Assembly (NCBI GenBank): GCA_044345405.1
Contig: JBIJBE010000002.1
Span: 96,001-160,000 of the forward strand
Source of the DNA: Bdellovibrionota bacterium
Lineage (GTDB): Bacteria; Bdellovibrionota_C; UBA2361; OMII01
DNA length: 64,000 bases
Direction: 5' to 3'
Below, one piece after another: positions 1 through 9,628 of the stretch; positions within the stretch are counted from its first letter, which is position 1, and each line of letters opens with the position of its first letter. The notes beneath the pieces were generated by a model, which did no database searches, was not told the DNA's origin, and saw nothing but the letters and a program-made list of their open reading frames with translations. Made by a program: the position numbers and the translations under genes.

Positions 1-1489
1 GAGCGATATGAGGACCCTCATCGAGTCCGAACGAGGCATGTCGCAGTTTGGCGTTCACAACCGAGACCGGAATGCCGTAGGCGAATCCGTACGAACCACT
101 AAAATGATCGTTATCGATGATGTAGTAGTAACGGTCGTTGAAGAGCGTGAAATCGTCTGAGGGCGCGCTTACCCCGATCCATTGACGAAGCGCCACGATG
201 GAAGCCATCTCTAGATTGTCGAGCTGGTCCGCGAACCAGAGCCCCTCATCCTTACGATACTCATGAAGAACTTCACGGTCGGGATTCAAGCCATGGAAGA
301 GCTTATCGAGAATAGCTCCCGACATGAACGTTCCTCGACCGGGAGGGAGATCTCCATTGTCGCACCGAATAAATCGGACATCTTCAAAACACTCCATCGC
401 GAACTCTCGAAACAACGGGAGTTTACCGGCAAGGGACCGATTCTCCATCCGCAAACGACCGAAGGAGTGGTACGCCTGGTGACGGGCTCGCATCACGATC
501 CTGAAAGACTCTTCGAAACACTCCTCCTTCGCTTTCGGTTGCCAGCTCGGAAAAGGCACAGAACCATGTTGCCCCTCATCCCATCCTTGCAGCCATTTAT
601 AGGCTTCCTGATGTCGATTGAGTTGCGCTTTTGTGAGAGCGCCAGCCAGGTAGGTGTCGACGTGCCCTTCGGCCAGGATCCGCTTCGTGCGCTCAACGAA
701 ATCCTCGCGAGAGAATGAGAGCTGCCCCTCAAGGATCGCGACTCCGAGCTTGCGAAGATGTCGATTGAACGATTGTAGCCGAAGCGCGCGAGTTGGCTGA
801 GTCTCTCCAGCGATATCCCATAGGTCTGAGATATGCTCGACGATCGGTCGTCGATACACCTTCCCGACCGCGTCCTCCGCTCGTAATACGATCCTGAAGA
901 TCTGAGCGCCGGTCTCAATTGGCTTATTGTGGATGAGAGGGATAAGGACTTCGCCAAAATCGGTCGCGCGCATGCGACCCTCGGGTACCATAATTCCTCT
1001 AAGGCTCCGCCGTCTCAAGCCATCGAACACGTCATCTATCCCTCGCTCAACCGCGAGGAGCGCCATGCCGTAACTCGTTGGGGTGTTCGGGTGGATCGGC
1101 TCGGTGTGAAATGTCCCTTTAAACGGATCGCCCTGCGACTGCGCTCGCTTAAGGCGTACGTACTCTCGCTCGAGTCGAGCCATCTCATCGTGACGGGACC
1201 TGTCGCCCGGAAAGTACGGAAAGGAACGCGCGCGAAGATCGTCCGGATACGGTTCGCTCCACTCAAAGATGTCGAGGTCGCGCACCGCCTCTCTCGCCTT
1301 CTCATCCATGAGAACAATTCGACGAGCGTTTACCATGAGCGAGATACTCACGAGCGCCTTTACGTACTCGTGACTACCTCGATCGACGCCGGCGAAAGAC
1401 ACCCGATCAACGCCGCTCAGGGAACGCCCCTTGAGTGGGTTTTCGTGGGAATGCTTCTCTGGAGAATCGTCGGGTTGAAAGTGCGGCAT
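1..1489 (-). CDS. hypothetical protein, 3' end outside the window (at least 496 codons)
   Basis: Manual translation of the minus strand from ATG at 1489 (MPHFQPDDSPEKHSHENPLKG...) stays open to the window edge (...AKLRHASFGLDEGPHIA). Absent from the ORF track because no stop is in the window. No family recognised. Confidence 0.7.
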   Translation of the reverse strand, partial: MPHFQPDDSPEKHSHENPLKGRSLSGVDRVSFAGVDRGSHEYVKALVSISLMVNARRIVLMDEKAREAVRDLDIFEWSEPYPDDLRARSFPYFPGDRSRHDEMARLEREYVRLKRAQSQGDPFKGTFHTEPIHPNTPTSYGMALLAVERGIDDVFDGLRRRSLRGIMVPEGRMRATDFGEVLIPLIHNKPIETGAQIFRIVLRAEDAVGKVYRRPIVEHISDLWDIAGETQPTRALRLQSFNRHLRKLGVAILEGQLSFSREDFVERTKRILAEGHVDTYLAGALTKAQLNRHQEAYKWLQGWDEGQHGSVPFPSWQPKAKEECFEESFRIVMRARHQAYHSFGRLRMENRSLAGKLPLFREFAMECFEDVRFIRCDNGDLPPGRGTFMSGAILDKLFHGLNPDREVLHEYRKDEGLWFADQLDNLEMASIVALRQWIGVSAPSDDFTLFNDRYYYIIDNDHFSGSYGFAYGIPVSVVNAKLRHASFGLDEGPHIA

Positions 1490-1603
1490 TGCTCTGAAGG
1501 GCTCCAACAAATCGCGGCAACTTCCTGGACTAACACCGAATTAGCTTCCTGACACCGGCAAAATGCGCACGACCCTCAATTGAGCGCTCGCGCACTATCT
1601 CTC

Positions 1604-1633
1604 TCGACCTATCTGTTTTCTATTTGGTATAAT
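1604..1633 (+). promoter_or_regulatory. putative sigma70 promoter (extended -10) for the CDF gene
   Basis: TGgTATAAT at 1625-1633 and weak -35 TCGACC at 1604-1609, about 55 bp before the CDF start. Confidence 0.4.
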
Positions 1634-1686
1634 TTAAGAGCATTACCGACCAAAACCGACAGGCGCCCGGGCGTAAAAATAGCACC

Positions 1687-2595
1687 ATGTTTCTCAACCT
1701 CTCTTCCTTTGAGCATCGATTGAAAAAAGAGAACCTCGTGCTCGTCGCCGTATTCACAACCTTCCTCTCGCTCCTTCCCACGGCATACGCCGCGCTCATC
1801 TCAAACTCAACGACCCTCTTCGCTGACCTCCTTCGATGCCTCGGCGAGTTCTTCGCGATCGTCGCATCGTGGGTAGTGCTTCTGAAGATGTCTCGCAACG
1901 ATACCACGCGTTTTAATTACGGATACGGAAAGCTCGAGCAGCTCGCGGGCATCGCCGTAGCCGCCGCGCTCTTTCTCACGTTCCTCGTATCGCTCACGTC
2001 GGGTATTCGCGGACTGATCGTCCCAACAAAACTGGAGAACGCCGAATTCGGATTTATCTTCGCGCTCCTCTCGGTTGGCGGAAACGCCTTCCTCTGGACC
2101 TCTAATTACATCGCCGATGCCCGCTCGCCCTCTCCGATCGCGGAATCTCAGTGGCGACTCTTTCGCGCGAAGACATGCGCCACGATGGTAGTTGTGACCT
2201 CGCTTGGTGTCGCGCTCGCCTTCGCCGATAGTCAAACGAGCGTCTACGTGGATCCCCTCGGGTCTATCGCCCTCTCCCTCTTTATGTTGTGGCAATCGTA
2301 CACGTTGGTTTCCGCTTCGGTTCCCGACCTCATCGACTACGCTATCGAGGAGTCGTTGCAGAAAACCCTCGACACTATCCTCGCCGATCATCGAGAGGAT
2401 TATTCACACGTTGAGAAGGTTCGATCCCGACGCACGGCGCGACGGGTCTACCTTGAGCTCTTCCTCTCCTTTCCCGCCGACCTTCCCTTTGGAGAGGTTC
2501 ACCGCCGCGTGATGCTCCTTAAGCACTCCATCGAGGAGCGCTTCCCGGGGGCCGACACAACCGTCATCCCCTCGCTATCCCAGCTAAACCCTTAA
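1687..2595 (+). CDS. cation diffusion facilitator (CDF/FieF-like) transporter
   Basis: About 6 TM segments, FNYGYGKLEQLA motif, YVDPLGSI, and a C-terminal ZT-dimer-like domain (KVRSRRTARRVYLELFL). Confidence 0.85.
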   Translation: MFLNLSSFEHRLKKENLVLVAVFTTFLSLLPTAYAALISNSTTLFADLLRCLGEFFAIVASWVVLLKMSRNDTTRFNYGYGKLEQLAGIAVAAALFLTFLVSLTSGIRGLIVPTKLENAEFGFIFALLSVGGNAFLWTSNYIADARSPSPIAESQWRLFRAKTCATMVVVTSLGVALAFADSQTSVYVDPLGSIALSLFMLWQSYTLVSASVPDLIDYAIEESLQKTLDTILADHREDYSHVEKVRSRRTARRVYLELFLSFPADLPFGEVHRRVMLLKHSIEERFPGADTTVIPSLSQLNP

Positions 2596-2711
2596 AACTA
2601 CAGAACCTATCGCGAGCCGCCCCAACTATTTCCGACCAATAGGAGCCATTTCCGACCGGTGTTGCCATAACCCTCATGAGTGATCGATAGTTCGGATCGC
2701 GCTACTACGGG

Positions 2712-2927
2712 GTGTGCATGGATACTCAAACATTTGTCCTCAAGATCTTCCTCATCTACATCTTCATCAAGGCGCTCGTGCTCTGTCCCCTTGGATGGAT
2801 AACCCTGTGCGTGTGGTGGAACGATCGACAAGAGGCGAAGCGCACAGCTCAAGCCACACAGCAACCTCTTTCAATCCCAGCTAACCGCGACACGGTGATA
2901 CTGATCCCCCAAACCGACGTGGCCTAA
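2712..2927 (+). CDS. small membrane hypothetical protein
   Basis: 71-aa ORF with one long hydrophobic stretch; stop overlaps the convergent bioA stop. Confidence 0.45.
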   Translation: MCMDTQTFVLKIFLIYIFIKALVLCPLGWITLCVWWNDRQEAKRTAQATQQPLSIPANRDTVILIPQTDVA

Positions 2928-4192
2928 CGACGCGTCGCGATATACTCACTGACCGCATCGTAGACCATCGCGAGTTCAGCGTCGCTGACGCAGTACGGCG
3001 GCATACAGTACAAGACATCACCCAGCGGTCGAAGAAGCACACCTCGATCGACAAAGAACTCGCGAGCGTGATGCGCGGTGTTGTTCAGATATCCTCCGAC
3101 CCCGTCGTTCCTAAGATTACACGCCAGGATCGTTCCCTTAACCCGAGGGTGGTCAACACCTGACATATCACGAAGACGCCCCACGAAGGCCTCATGCGAT
3201 GAAGATATCCGTGCGCGTGACGCACAGCACTCCGCTGACGTTGTAAGGTCAAGACTTGCAAGAGCGACCGCGCACGCTATCGGATTAGCGGTATAGGTGT
3301 GCCCATGGAAAAAGGTTCGAGAGTGATCGGGAGAGATAAACTCCGCAAAAAGATCCTCTCGGCACATCGTCACCGCAAGCGGAAGCGTTCCACTCGTCAA
3401 CCCTTTCGAGAGACAGATAACGTCAGGAGCTACCGTCATCTCGCTGGTGGCGAACAGGTTGCCCGTTCGTCCAAACCCCGTCATCACTTCATCCGCGATG
3501 ATCAGTCCACCATGCCGTCGTACAAGCGAGGCGTACCGATCGAGCACCGAGGCTTCATACATCCGCATGCCGCCAGCGCCCTGCACGAGGGGTTCGAAGA
3601 TAAAACCAGCGACATCGCCACCTCGACACGCGAGCTCTGCCTGCTCCATGTCGCGGTCGCTCCCTTCAAGGGAGAGAAACTCAACCGAGAAGAGCATCTC
3701 ATCGAAAGGAGCCGAGAAGATCGATCGTGCCCCCACCGCCATCGCCCCGAAGGTGTCTCCGTGATACGCCCCCTCAAGGGCCAAGAACTTCACCCTGCGC
3801 TCACCGCGGTGACGGGCACGCTGGACGGCGAGTTTTATCCCCACCTCTACCGCCGTTGAACCGTTGTCGGAATAAAAGACCCTTTCAAATCCGTGGGGGA
3901 CCACCTCACACAGTCTCTCGGCGAGCCTCACCGCGGGTTCATGGGTAACGCCCGCAAATATGACGTGGTCGAGCTGCTCGAACTGCTCCGTGGCGGCGCG
4001 AGTGAGGGCCGGATGACCATGCCCGTGGAGACAACACCACCAGGACGAGATCCCATCGAGAATCCTCTGTCCATTCTCGAGAGTAAGGAAGCCACCCTTG
4101 GCGGAAACGACAGGGAGCGGCTCTTTTGAAAAGCCAGCTTGGGTATAGGGGTGCCACACAACGCGCGCGTCACGCACGACAAGCTTGCTCAT
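2924..4192 (-). CDS. bioA: adenosylmethionine-8-amino-7-oxononanoate aminotransferase
   Basis: WHPYTQ, DGISSWW, SDNGSTAVE, YHGDTFGAM, IADEVMTGFGRTG, SKGLT, HGHTYTANP motifs; ATG at 4192 overlaps the bioD stop (ATGA). Confidence 0.95.
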   Translation of the reverse strand: MSKLVVRDARVVWHPYTQAGFSKEPLPVVSAKGGFLTLENGQRILDGISSWWCCLHGHGHPALTRAATEQFEQLDHVIFAGVTHEPAVRLAERLCEVVPHGFERVFYSDNGSTAVEVGIKLAVQRARHRGERRVKFLALEGAYHGDTFGAMAVGARSIFSAPFDEMLFSVEFLSLEGSDRDMEQAELACRGGDVAGFIFEPLVQGAGGMRMYEASVLDRYASLVRRHGGLIIADEVMTGFGRTGNLFATSEMTVAPDVICLSKGLTSGTLPLAVTMCREDLFAEFISPDHSRTFFHGHTYTANPIACAVALASLDLTTSAECCASRARISSSHEAFVGRLRDMSGVDHPRVKGTILACNLRNDGVGGYLNNTAHHAREFFVDRGVLLRPLGDVLYCMPPYCVSDAELAMVYDAVSEYIATRR

Positions 4193-4824
4193 ACGTTCCA
4201 ACCGCACTGCGCGGCGAATTCAGAGATAGAGGACTGCGAAACCTCACCGAAAGAGGGAACCCTTCCGATCACCGAAACGTCCCCCATCGTTGTAATGATC
4301 CGCTCCGTATCGGGGAGCTCCTCTCCATTAAACACGATCCCCTTTACGGGTATATCGTGGGCGCGAAGGGCGAAGAGAGTTAGGAGGGTGTGATTGATAC
4401 TGCCGAGGTAGTGACGAGAAACAACCACAACGGGAAGACCGAACCGCTTCATAAGGTCAAGGTTGGTGGCACGATCGTTAAGTGGAACCATCACACCACC
4501 AGCAAGCTCCACGACCAAAGGAGCGTCACACACCGGGAGCGTAAACTCATCGAGACTCACCTCGACCCCTTCAAGGGCCGCTGCGATATGGGGCGAGAGG
4601 CTCTTTCGAAGGAGATATCGCTCGCTAAAAATGCGCTGGGCGCCGTACTTGAGCAGTCTCGAAACCGCGACACTTTCCGCCGGTCCATCATCAGAACCGC
4701 TTGCTATCGGTTTCCAGTACCGAGCGCCCATGACCTCACAAAGAATGGCTGAGACGACTGTTTTCCCAACCTCAGTCCCTATGCCCGCGACGAAGACACC
4801 TCGGTGCCCCATAGAACGCCCCAC
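4189..4824 (-). CDS. bioD: dethiobiotin synthase
   Basis: GIGTEVGKT P-loop, YWKP, VELAGG, LGSINHTLL. Confidence 0.95.
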   Translation of the reverse strand: MGRSMGHRGVFVAGIGTEVGKTVVSAILCEVMGARYWKPIASGSDDGPAESVAVSRLLKYGAQRIFSERYLLRKSLSPHIAAALEGVEVSLDEFTLPVCDAPLVVELAGGVMVPLNDRATNLDLMKRFGLPVVVVSRHYLGSINHTLLTLFALRAHDIPVKGIVFNGEELPDTERIITTMGDVSVIGRVPSFGEVSQSSISEFAAQCGWNV

Positions 4825-5699
4825 TATTGCGCGATATATTTCATGGTTGGAATGCGAGCCGCCTCAAGCATCGACGGAAGAGACGAGGTGCCCTCGAACG
4901 CTCGCTGGAGGAATCCCTTCTTCTGATTCACGAAAATCAGGTTCGGAACCTCGTCAGGCTTAAGCTCGATCTTGGCTAGCTTCAGAGCCGCTCGCCCAGC
5001 GTCATAGACGTCGCCGAACTCATCGACGAGCCCCAACTCTTTAGCCTCCGAACCCAAGAGAACCCGCCCATCGGCGAAGCTCCGCACCTTTTCCTCGGGG
5101 ATATTCCGCCCTTCAGAGACCGCCTTAATGAATCCCGCGTGAACCTTTGCGGCGGTTTCCTCGAGGAATCGACGCTCGACCTCGGTCATCGGGCGAAACT
5201 GATTACCAGCGTCCTTCAACGCCCCACTCTTGACCGTGATCATATCAAAACCGACCTTGTTCGCGATCGTCGTGAAGTTCGGTATCTGCATCACAACACC
5301 AATAGAGCCGGTTTGCGTGCCAGGTTGACAGAAGATACTTGAGGCACCAACGGCGGAATAAAGACCACCAGAAGCCGCGAGCGACCCCATCGATACAACG
5401 ATCGGCTTCTCAGCTTTGAGGCGTTTCACCGCGCTGTATACCTCCTCAGATGGAGCAACCGCGCCGCCCGGAGAGTCAATCCGAAGGACTACCGCCTTCA
5501 CGTCCTTATCGCGAACCGCGTGATAGAGTTCCTTCAATACATCCGAGGAATCCTCGATAACACCGGTCAACTCAATCACCGAAACCGCGGGGCCAAGCTT
5601 CTTGGCGACCGAACTAAGGCCAGCGACTATAGGAATGACAATGAAGGTTAACAGAACGATGGTAACGATCTTCGCGAGCCAGAGTTTATATTCTCTCAT
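4824..5699 (-). CDS. sppA: signal peptide peptidase SppA (36K type, S49)
   Basis: N-terminal TM, LRIDSPGG, SMGSLAASGG, TGSIGV, KSGALKD, ADGRV. Confidence 0.92.
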   Translation of the reverse strand: MREYKLWLAKIVTIVLLTFIVIPIVAGLSSVAKKLGPAVSVIELTGVIEDSSDVLKELYHAVRDKDVKAVVLRIDSPGGAVAPSEEVYSAVKRLKAEKPIVVSMGSLAASGGLYSAVGASSIFCQPGTQTGSIGVVMQIPNFTTIANKVGFDMITVKSGALKDAGNQFRPMTEVERRFLEETAAKVHAGFIKAVSEGRNIPEEKVRSFADGRVLLGSEAKELGLVDEFGDVYDAGRAALKLAKIELKPDEVPNLIFVNQKKGFLQRAFEGTSSLPSMLEAARIPTMKYIAQ

Positions 5700-5885
5700 G
5701 AACGTAGAGGCCTTTTCTCAATGGGGGTGCTATCCGAAAACGTAGTCTAGTTAATCATTTGAGCCGTGGCTATAACTGTTTTTCCTCACGGCCCGGCCCC
5801 TTTCGGAGAGGCCCATCCCTTGACTTCCCCTTTCGACAGGCATGTACGATACTTGGCCAGCGACGTACGCATACTGGGCACCTCT

Positions 5886-6461
5886 ATGAACACGACCATC
5901 GCCTCACTTCTATCCGAATCGGCCACCCTCAAAGCTACGCTCGCCAAGGACTCTGCATTTGTAGCTTCTCTAAACGACTCGGCCACTCGACTCGCGAACT
6001 GCGCCAAGAGCGGAGGTACGATCTTCGCATGCGGTAACGGTGGCTCCACCTGCGACGCTATGCACCTTTGCGAGGAGCTCGTCGCTCGGTACAAGCGCAA
6101 TCGACCAGGGATCAAGGCGATGCACTTTATGGACCCGGGGGTCCTTACCTGCTGGGGCAATGATATCTCATTCGATAACGCGTTCGCTCGGTATGCAGAG
6201 ACCTTCTGCACCCCTCAGGACGTCCTCGTTGCCATCTCCACCTCAGGGAATTCTAAGAACGTGCTTGCCGCTGTCGAAGCGGCTAAGGCCAAGGGAACAT
6301 TCGTTATCGGCCTCGCCGGAAAAGATGGTGGCAAGCTTTCACAGCTCGCCGACCTCTGCGTGGTCGTTCCCTCTCAAGCGACAGAGCGCGTTCAAGAGGT
6401 ACACATCACTTGCATCCACATATGGTGCGAACTGATGGAGACTATCCACGGATTGGCGTAG
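5886..6461 (+). CDS. gmhA: phosphoheptose isomerase (SIS domain)
   Basis: CGNGGSTCDAMH, ISTSGNSKNV, TERVQEVH; start moved to ATG 5886. Confidence 0.92.
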   Translation: MNTTIASLLSESATLKATLAKDSAFVASLNDSATRLANCAKSGGTIFACGNGGSTCDAMHLCEELVARYKRNRPGIKAMHFMDPGVLTCWGNDISFDNAFARYAETFCTPQDVLVAISTSGNSKNVLAAVEAAKAKGTFVIGLAGKDGGKLSQLADLCVVVPSQATERVQEVHITCIHIWCELMETIHGLA

Positions 6462-6480
6462 TCGCGCGGTTTGTCCGCAC

Positions 6481-6517
6481 CAACGTGAACGTGCTCGTGC
6501 CCGTAAGCGTGGACGTC
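6481..6517. repeat. short nnnCGT hexamer run
   Basis: caacgt gaacgt gctcgt gcccgt aagcgt ggacgt just after the gmhA stop; same style as the repeats at 38445 and 40578. Confidence 0.5.
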
Positions 6518-6702
6518 TCCGAAACAACTGTTTGTATTCAGGTCGCTTTTCCTTGCCGTAGCCCTATTGGAAACCGGTGACGCCGCTTATCCCTCGGCGA
6601 GATGATTTTGTAATGTCACATCCACCGCGCTTCAGGCCATATCGTGACCTATGAGGGGTGTACGAAGGATCTATCCCTCAACGATACGTCCAAGGAGGTT
6701 TT

Positions 6703-7149
6703 ATGCGCATATCCGTCACCTGCATCATCGCACTCAGTATGCTTGCCTTAGGCGCCCGCTCGGCCAGAGCGGAGGATAACATAGCCTGCATCGCCGTACC
6801 CTACCAGGCGACACGTGTCGCCCTTCGATCGGATGGCGCAATCGGATACGCCGGGGCTAAGTTTTGGGGCCAAAAGGACGCAGACTATGGCATTGTCTAC
6901 AACTGGTCAGAACTTGAAGATTACAAACCGGGCGGCTTTTGCCAGCCATTCGGTGTAGAGCAAGACGTAATCAAGATGTGCCAGGAATTTCTAGCGGCCA
7001 ACGCCCCAGATGATTGTTCAAGCGAGCTTGAGGACAGTAAGAAAACGGTCATCAACCAAGCTAAACAGATCCGCCGTCTCGCGCAGGACAACAAGCGACT
7101 CAGGGATTTGTTGAAGCGCCCTAGACCGGTCGGCGAAGCGAGGAAATAA
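6703..7149 (+). CDS. secreted hypothetical protein with C-terminal coiled coil
   Basis: AAGGAGG RBS before ATG 6703, signal peptide ending ARA, 4 Cys in the mature part, heptad-like C-terminus. Confidence 0.7.
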   Translation: MRISVTCIIALSMLALGARSARAEDNIACIAVPYQATRVALRSDGAIGYAGAKFWGQKDADYGIVYNWSELEDYKPGGFCQPFGVEQDVIKMCQEFLAANAPDDCSSELEDSKKTVINQAKQIRRLAQDNKRLRDLLKRPRPVGEARK

Positions 7150-7188
7150 GCCAAGAGCCCACACAGGTCGCCACGTATGCGCGGGTCG

Positions 7189-8223
7189 CTACGACTTCGC
7201 GTGGCTCAACAGCGAAGCAACCCGCTCAGCGGTCATCGGAAACGCCACCTGAATCGCCTTGGCGCGGCGGAGGAAGAGGTGAAGGTCGTACTCCCAGGTA
7301 AATCCGATACCGCCATGCACCTGGATAGCTGCCTCGCACACGCTCGGTCCGACCTCCGCGGCGTGAGCGATAGCTGCCCTCGCCGTGAGGGGTCGCTGCT
7401 CAGGTGAGCTTACAACGCTCCACGCGGCGAACCGACAGAGCGCCCCGAGCGACTCACTTGCGGCGTAGGCGTCAGCGATCCGTTGTTGCACGGCTTGGAA
7501 AGCCCCAACGGGAACACCGAACTGCTCCCTCGTTTTGAGGTACTCAGCGGTCATCTCAACCACCCGAGCGGTCACCCCGTAGACCTCGCAGCCCTTCAGA
7601 ATAGCGATCGCGTCGAGAATGGCACTCGATTCCTGCTCAGAGAAGATGATGGTCGGCACATCCTTGAGAGAGAGAGAAGCCAACGAGGTCGTAGAGTCGA
7701 GAGATGCCTGTGGGGTCACTACAACTCCGGGCTGTGAGATCGAACAGGCGAACACACGGGCCTCCCCCTTCTGTTTCACCACCCCGAGAAGACGGCTAGC
7801 CCCTTCGACTCCCCACGCCCACGGAATTTCACCCGATAGCTTCTTTGACTTGGCCGCTACATCACCGCAACAGGACGCGGAAGCGACGGCCGTGCCCGTT
7901 CCGAGCGCTTCATACCCCTTTCTCGTTTCAGCTCCGAGGAGACCAGGCACCACACCATCGCCAAGGAGTCGCTCAATAAGCGGCTCAGGGAAGAGCGCCC
8001 GCCCCACCTCCTCAGCGACGAGGCCCAAATCAGCGAAGGTAAACATCCCTCCATCAGGGCTAAACCCCTCTTCAAGCCCAAGCCCCTTCACCGACTCAAT
8101 CAGCGCCTCATCTCGACGGAGGAGTGAGGTGATCCTCTTTCGCAGATACTCAGAGGGAACGGCCTCAGCGAAAAAACGCCTAACGAGATCCTGCAACTCG
8201 CGCTGATCTGACGTTATCTGCAT
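7189..8223 (-). CDS. acyl-CoA dehydrogenase family protein (short, partner-subunit type)
   Basis: YLKTREQFGVPVGAFQAVQ and AIQVHGGIGFTWEYDLHLFLRRA motifs. Confidence 0.88.
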   Translation of the reverse strand: MQITSDQRELQDLVRRFFAEAVPSEYLRKRITSLLRRDEALIESVKGLGLEEGFSPDGGMFTFADLGLVAEEVGRALFPEPLIERLLGDGVVPGLLGAETRKGYEALGTGTAVASASCCGDVAAKSKKLSGEIPWAWGVEGASRLLGVVKQKGEARVFACSISQPGVVVTPQASLDSTTSLASLSLKDVPTIIFSEQESSAILDAIAILKGCEVYGVTARVVEMTAEYLKTREQFGVPVGAFQAVQQRIADAYAASESLGALCRFAAWSVVSSPEQRPLTARAAIAHAAEVGPSVCEAAIQVHGGIGFTWEYDLHLFLRRAKAIQVAFPMTAERVASLLSHAKS

Positions 8224-8233
8224 ACGCTCCTCC

Positions 8234-8548
8234 TTAGAGCATGCCCAACATCCCCTTCACCTCCTCAGAGGCCTCCCACGGGGGATTGAAGGTAATCTGA
8301 ACGATCGACTCCTTAACACCAGGAATCGCGCCGACCTTGGTCTGCACCTCGTGCTTAAGCTGCGGACCGGCCGGACACATCGGAGAGGTGAAGGTCATGT
8401 CGATAATCACACGCCCTTCGTCGATGGCGATATTGTAGATCAAACCGAGGAACCAGATATCGAGAAAGAGCTCAGGATCCTCGACCGTTTTGAGGACCTC
8501 TATGACCTGTTCCTTAGTGGGTTCGGATGGTGGTGGGGTTTCGTTCAT
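8234..8548 (-). CDS. metal-sulfur cluster assembly factor (DUF59/SufT/PaaD-like)
   Basis: LKTVEDPEL, LGLIY, MTFTSPMCP, FNPPW; start at ATG 8548. Confidence 0.9.
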   Translation of the reverse strand: MNETPPPSEPTKEQVIEVLKTVEDPELFLDIWFLGLIYNIAIDEGRVIIDMTFTSPMCPAGPQLKHEVQTKVGAIPGVKESIVQITFNPPWEASEEVKGMLGML

Positions 8549-8609
8549 GGGCGGGATAGTAGCCCCTTTTTCGAACGGTGGGAAACCCTTACTGCGACCC
8601 GGCACCACC

Positions 8610-8702
8610 GGAGGGCGACCATTCCTGGTCGCCGAAATGCCAAGAACTCCAAATGGCCTTTGCTCCTTTCTACCATGTGGCGCTCAGGAATGAGCGCCCT
8701 CC
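8610..8702. repeat. REP doublet (REPIN-like), copy 1
   Basis: GGAGGGCGACCATTCCTGGTCGCC ... GGCGCTCAGGAATGAGCGCCCTCC, two inverted REPs spanning 93 bp. Confidence 0.8.
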
Positions 8703-8754
8703 GAAATCACAGGGCGCACATCTGAGAAATCGCGAGCTGTCGTATTTTTGGGCC

Positions 8755-8791
8755 AAAAAAAAAGGCGCGAAGCCTTTCGACCTCGCGCCTT
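8755..8791 (-). terminator. rho-independent terminator of the HU gene
   Basis: Minus strand reads AAGGCGCGAGGTC-GAAA-GGCTTCGCGCCTT followed by a T run, about 25 bp after the HU stop. Confidence 0.85.
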
Positions 8792-8815
8792 CACCTGAGC
8801 ACAGCTCAGAGAGAA

Positions 8816-9265
8816 TTAGAGAACTCTCTCCTTAAGTGCCTTGGCTGGGGTGAAACGAACCTTCTTCCGCTTTGGAATGTGGATCGTCTCGCCTGTAGCT
8901 GGGTTACGTCCCATGCGAGCCTTGGACTCACGAACGTAGAGCTTGCCAAGTCCCATGAGAGGGATCTTGTAACCCTTACGAAGGGACTCAGTTACGAAGA
9001 GAGCGATATCATCGATAACCTCGCGAGCCTGTGAACGCTTTGGAAGTCCGCAGAAAGCGCGAACGTTCTCAAGGAACTCTGATTGAGTGTAGCTCAAAGT
9101 TGAGGTGTTGCGTGGCTTGGTAGCTACACGAGCCTTTGCTGATCCTGCAGCAGTAGCCTTTGCGCTCTTAGCTGGAGCAGCCTTGATTGCCTTAGCGGCC
9201 TTCTTAGCTGGCTTTACTACTTTCTTGGCGCTCTTCTTTGCTGCCTTTGCTGGCTTCTTTGCCAT
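8816..9265 (-). CDS. HU/IHF-family DNA-binding protein with N-terminal Lys/Ala-rich extension
   Basis: GLGKLYVRESKARMGRNPATGETIHIPKRKKVRFTPAKALKE signature; about 50 aa of AKK/PAK-rich N-terminus. Confidence 0.93.
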   Translation of the reverse strand: MAKKPAKAAKKSAKKVVKPAKKAAKAIKAAPAKSAKATAAGSAKARVATKPRNTSTLSYTQSEFLENVRAFCGLPKRSQAREVIDDIALFVTESLRKGYKIPLMGLGKLYVRESKARMGRNPATGETIHIPKRKKVRFTPAKALKERVL

Positions 9266-9628
9266 GTTAGTTCTCCTAAAGTTAGTTGGTATTAAATACC
9301 CTAGTCACTCGTTTCTCCCTAGCAGGGGCACCTTACGATTCAGATTCACCCTTCGGGGATTCAAAACCGTCCTGCTGCCCTCGTCTAGTTCGGTGAAAGA
9401 ACTCGAACGGCCGCTGTTTGAGCATATCGACCAGTTCGATTTTTCCGACCACAACGAGCGCCGCCCCTCTATCTCATCCTTCAAAATAAGCCGTTTTTAC
9501 GGGCTAAAAAAGAAGGTTCTTAATATCGGAAGCGAACAATCTGGGATATTAGTTACACTTTCATTGATAGATCAATACAAAATGTGAATAGCCATTTCGC
9601 AAAATGAGCCGTTTTTTCAGGGAATTTT

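Noticed and set aside
263-1552. ORF-track entries 263-718, 493-957, 929-1552 and 1036-1317
   Set aside because: They are alternate-frame or antisense shadows of the long minus-strand ORF starting at 1489
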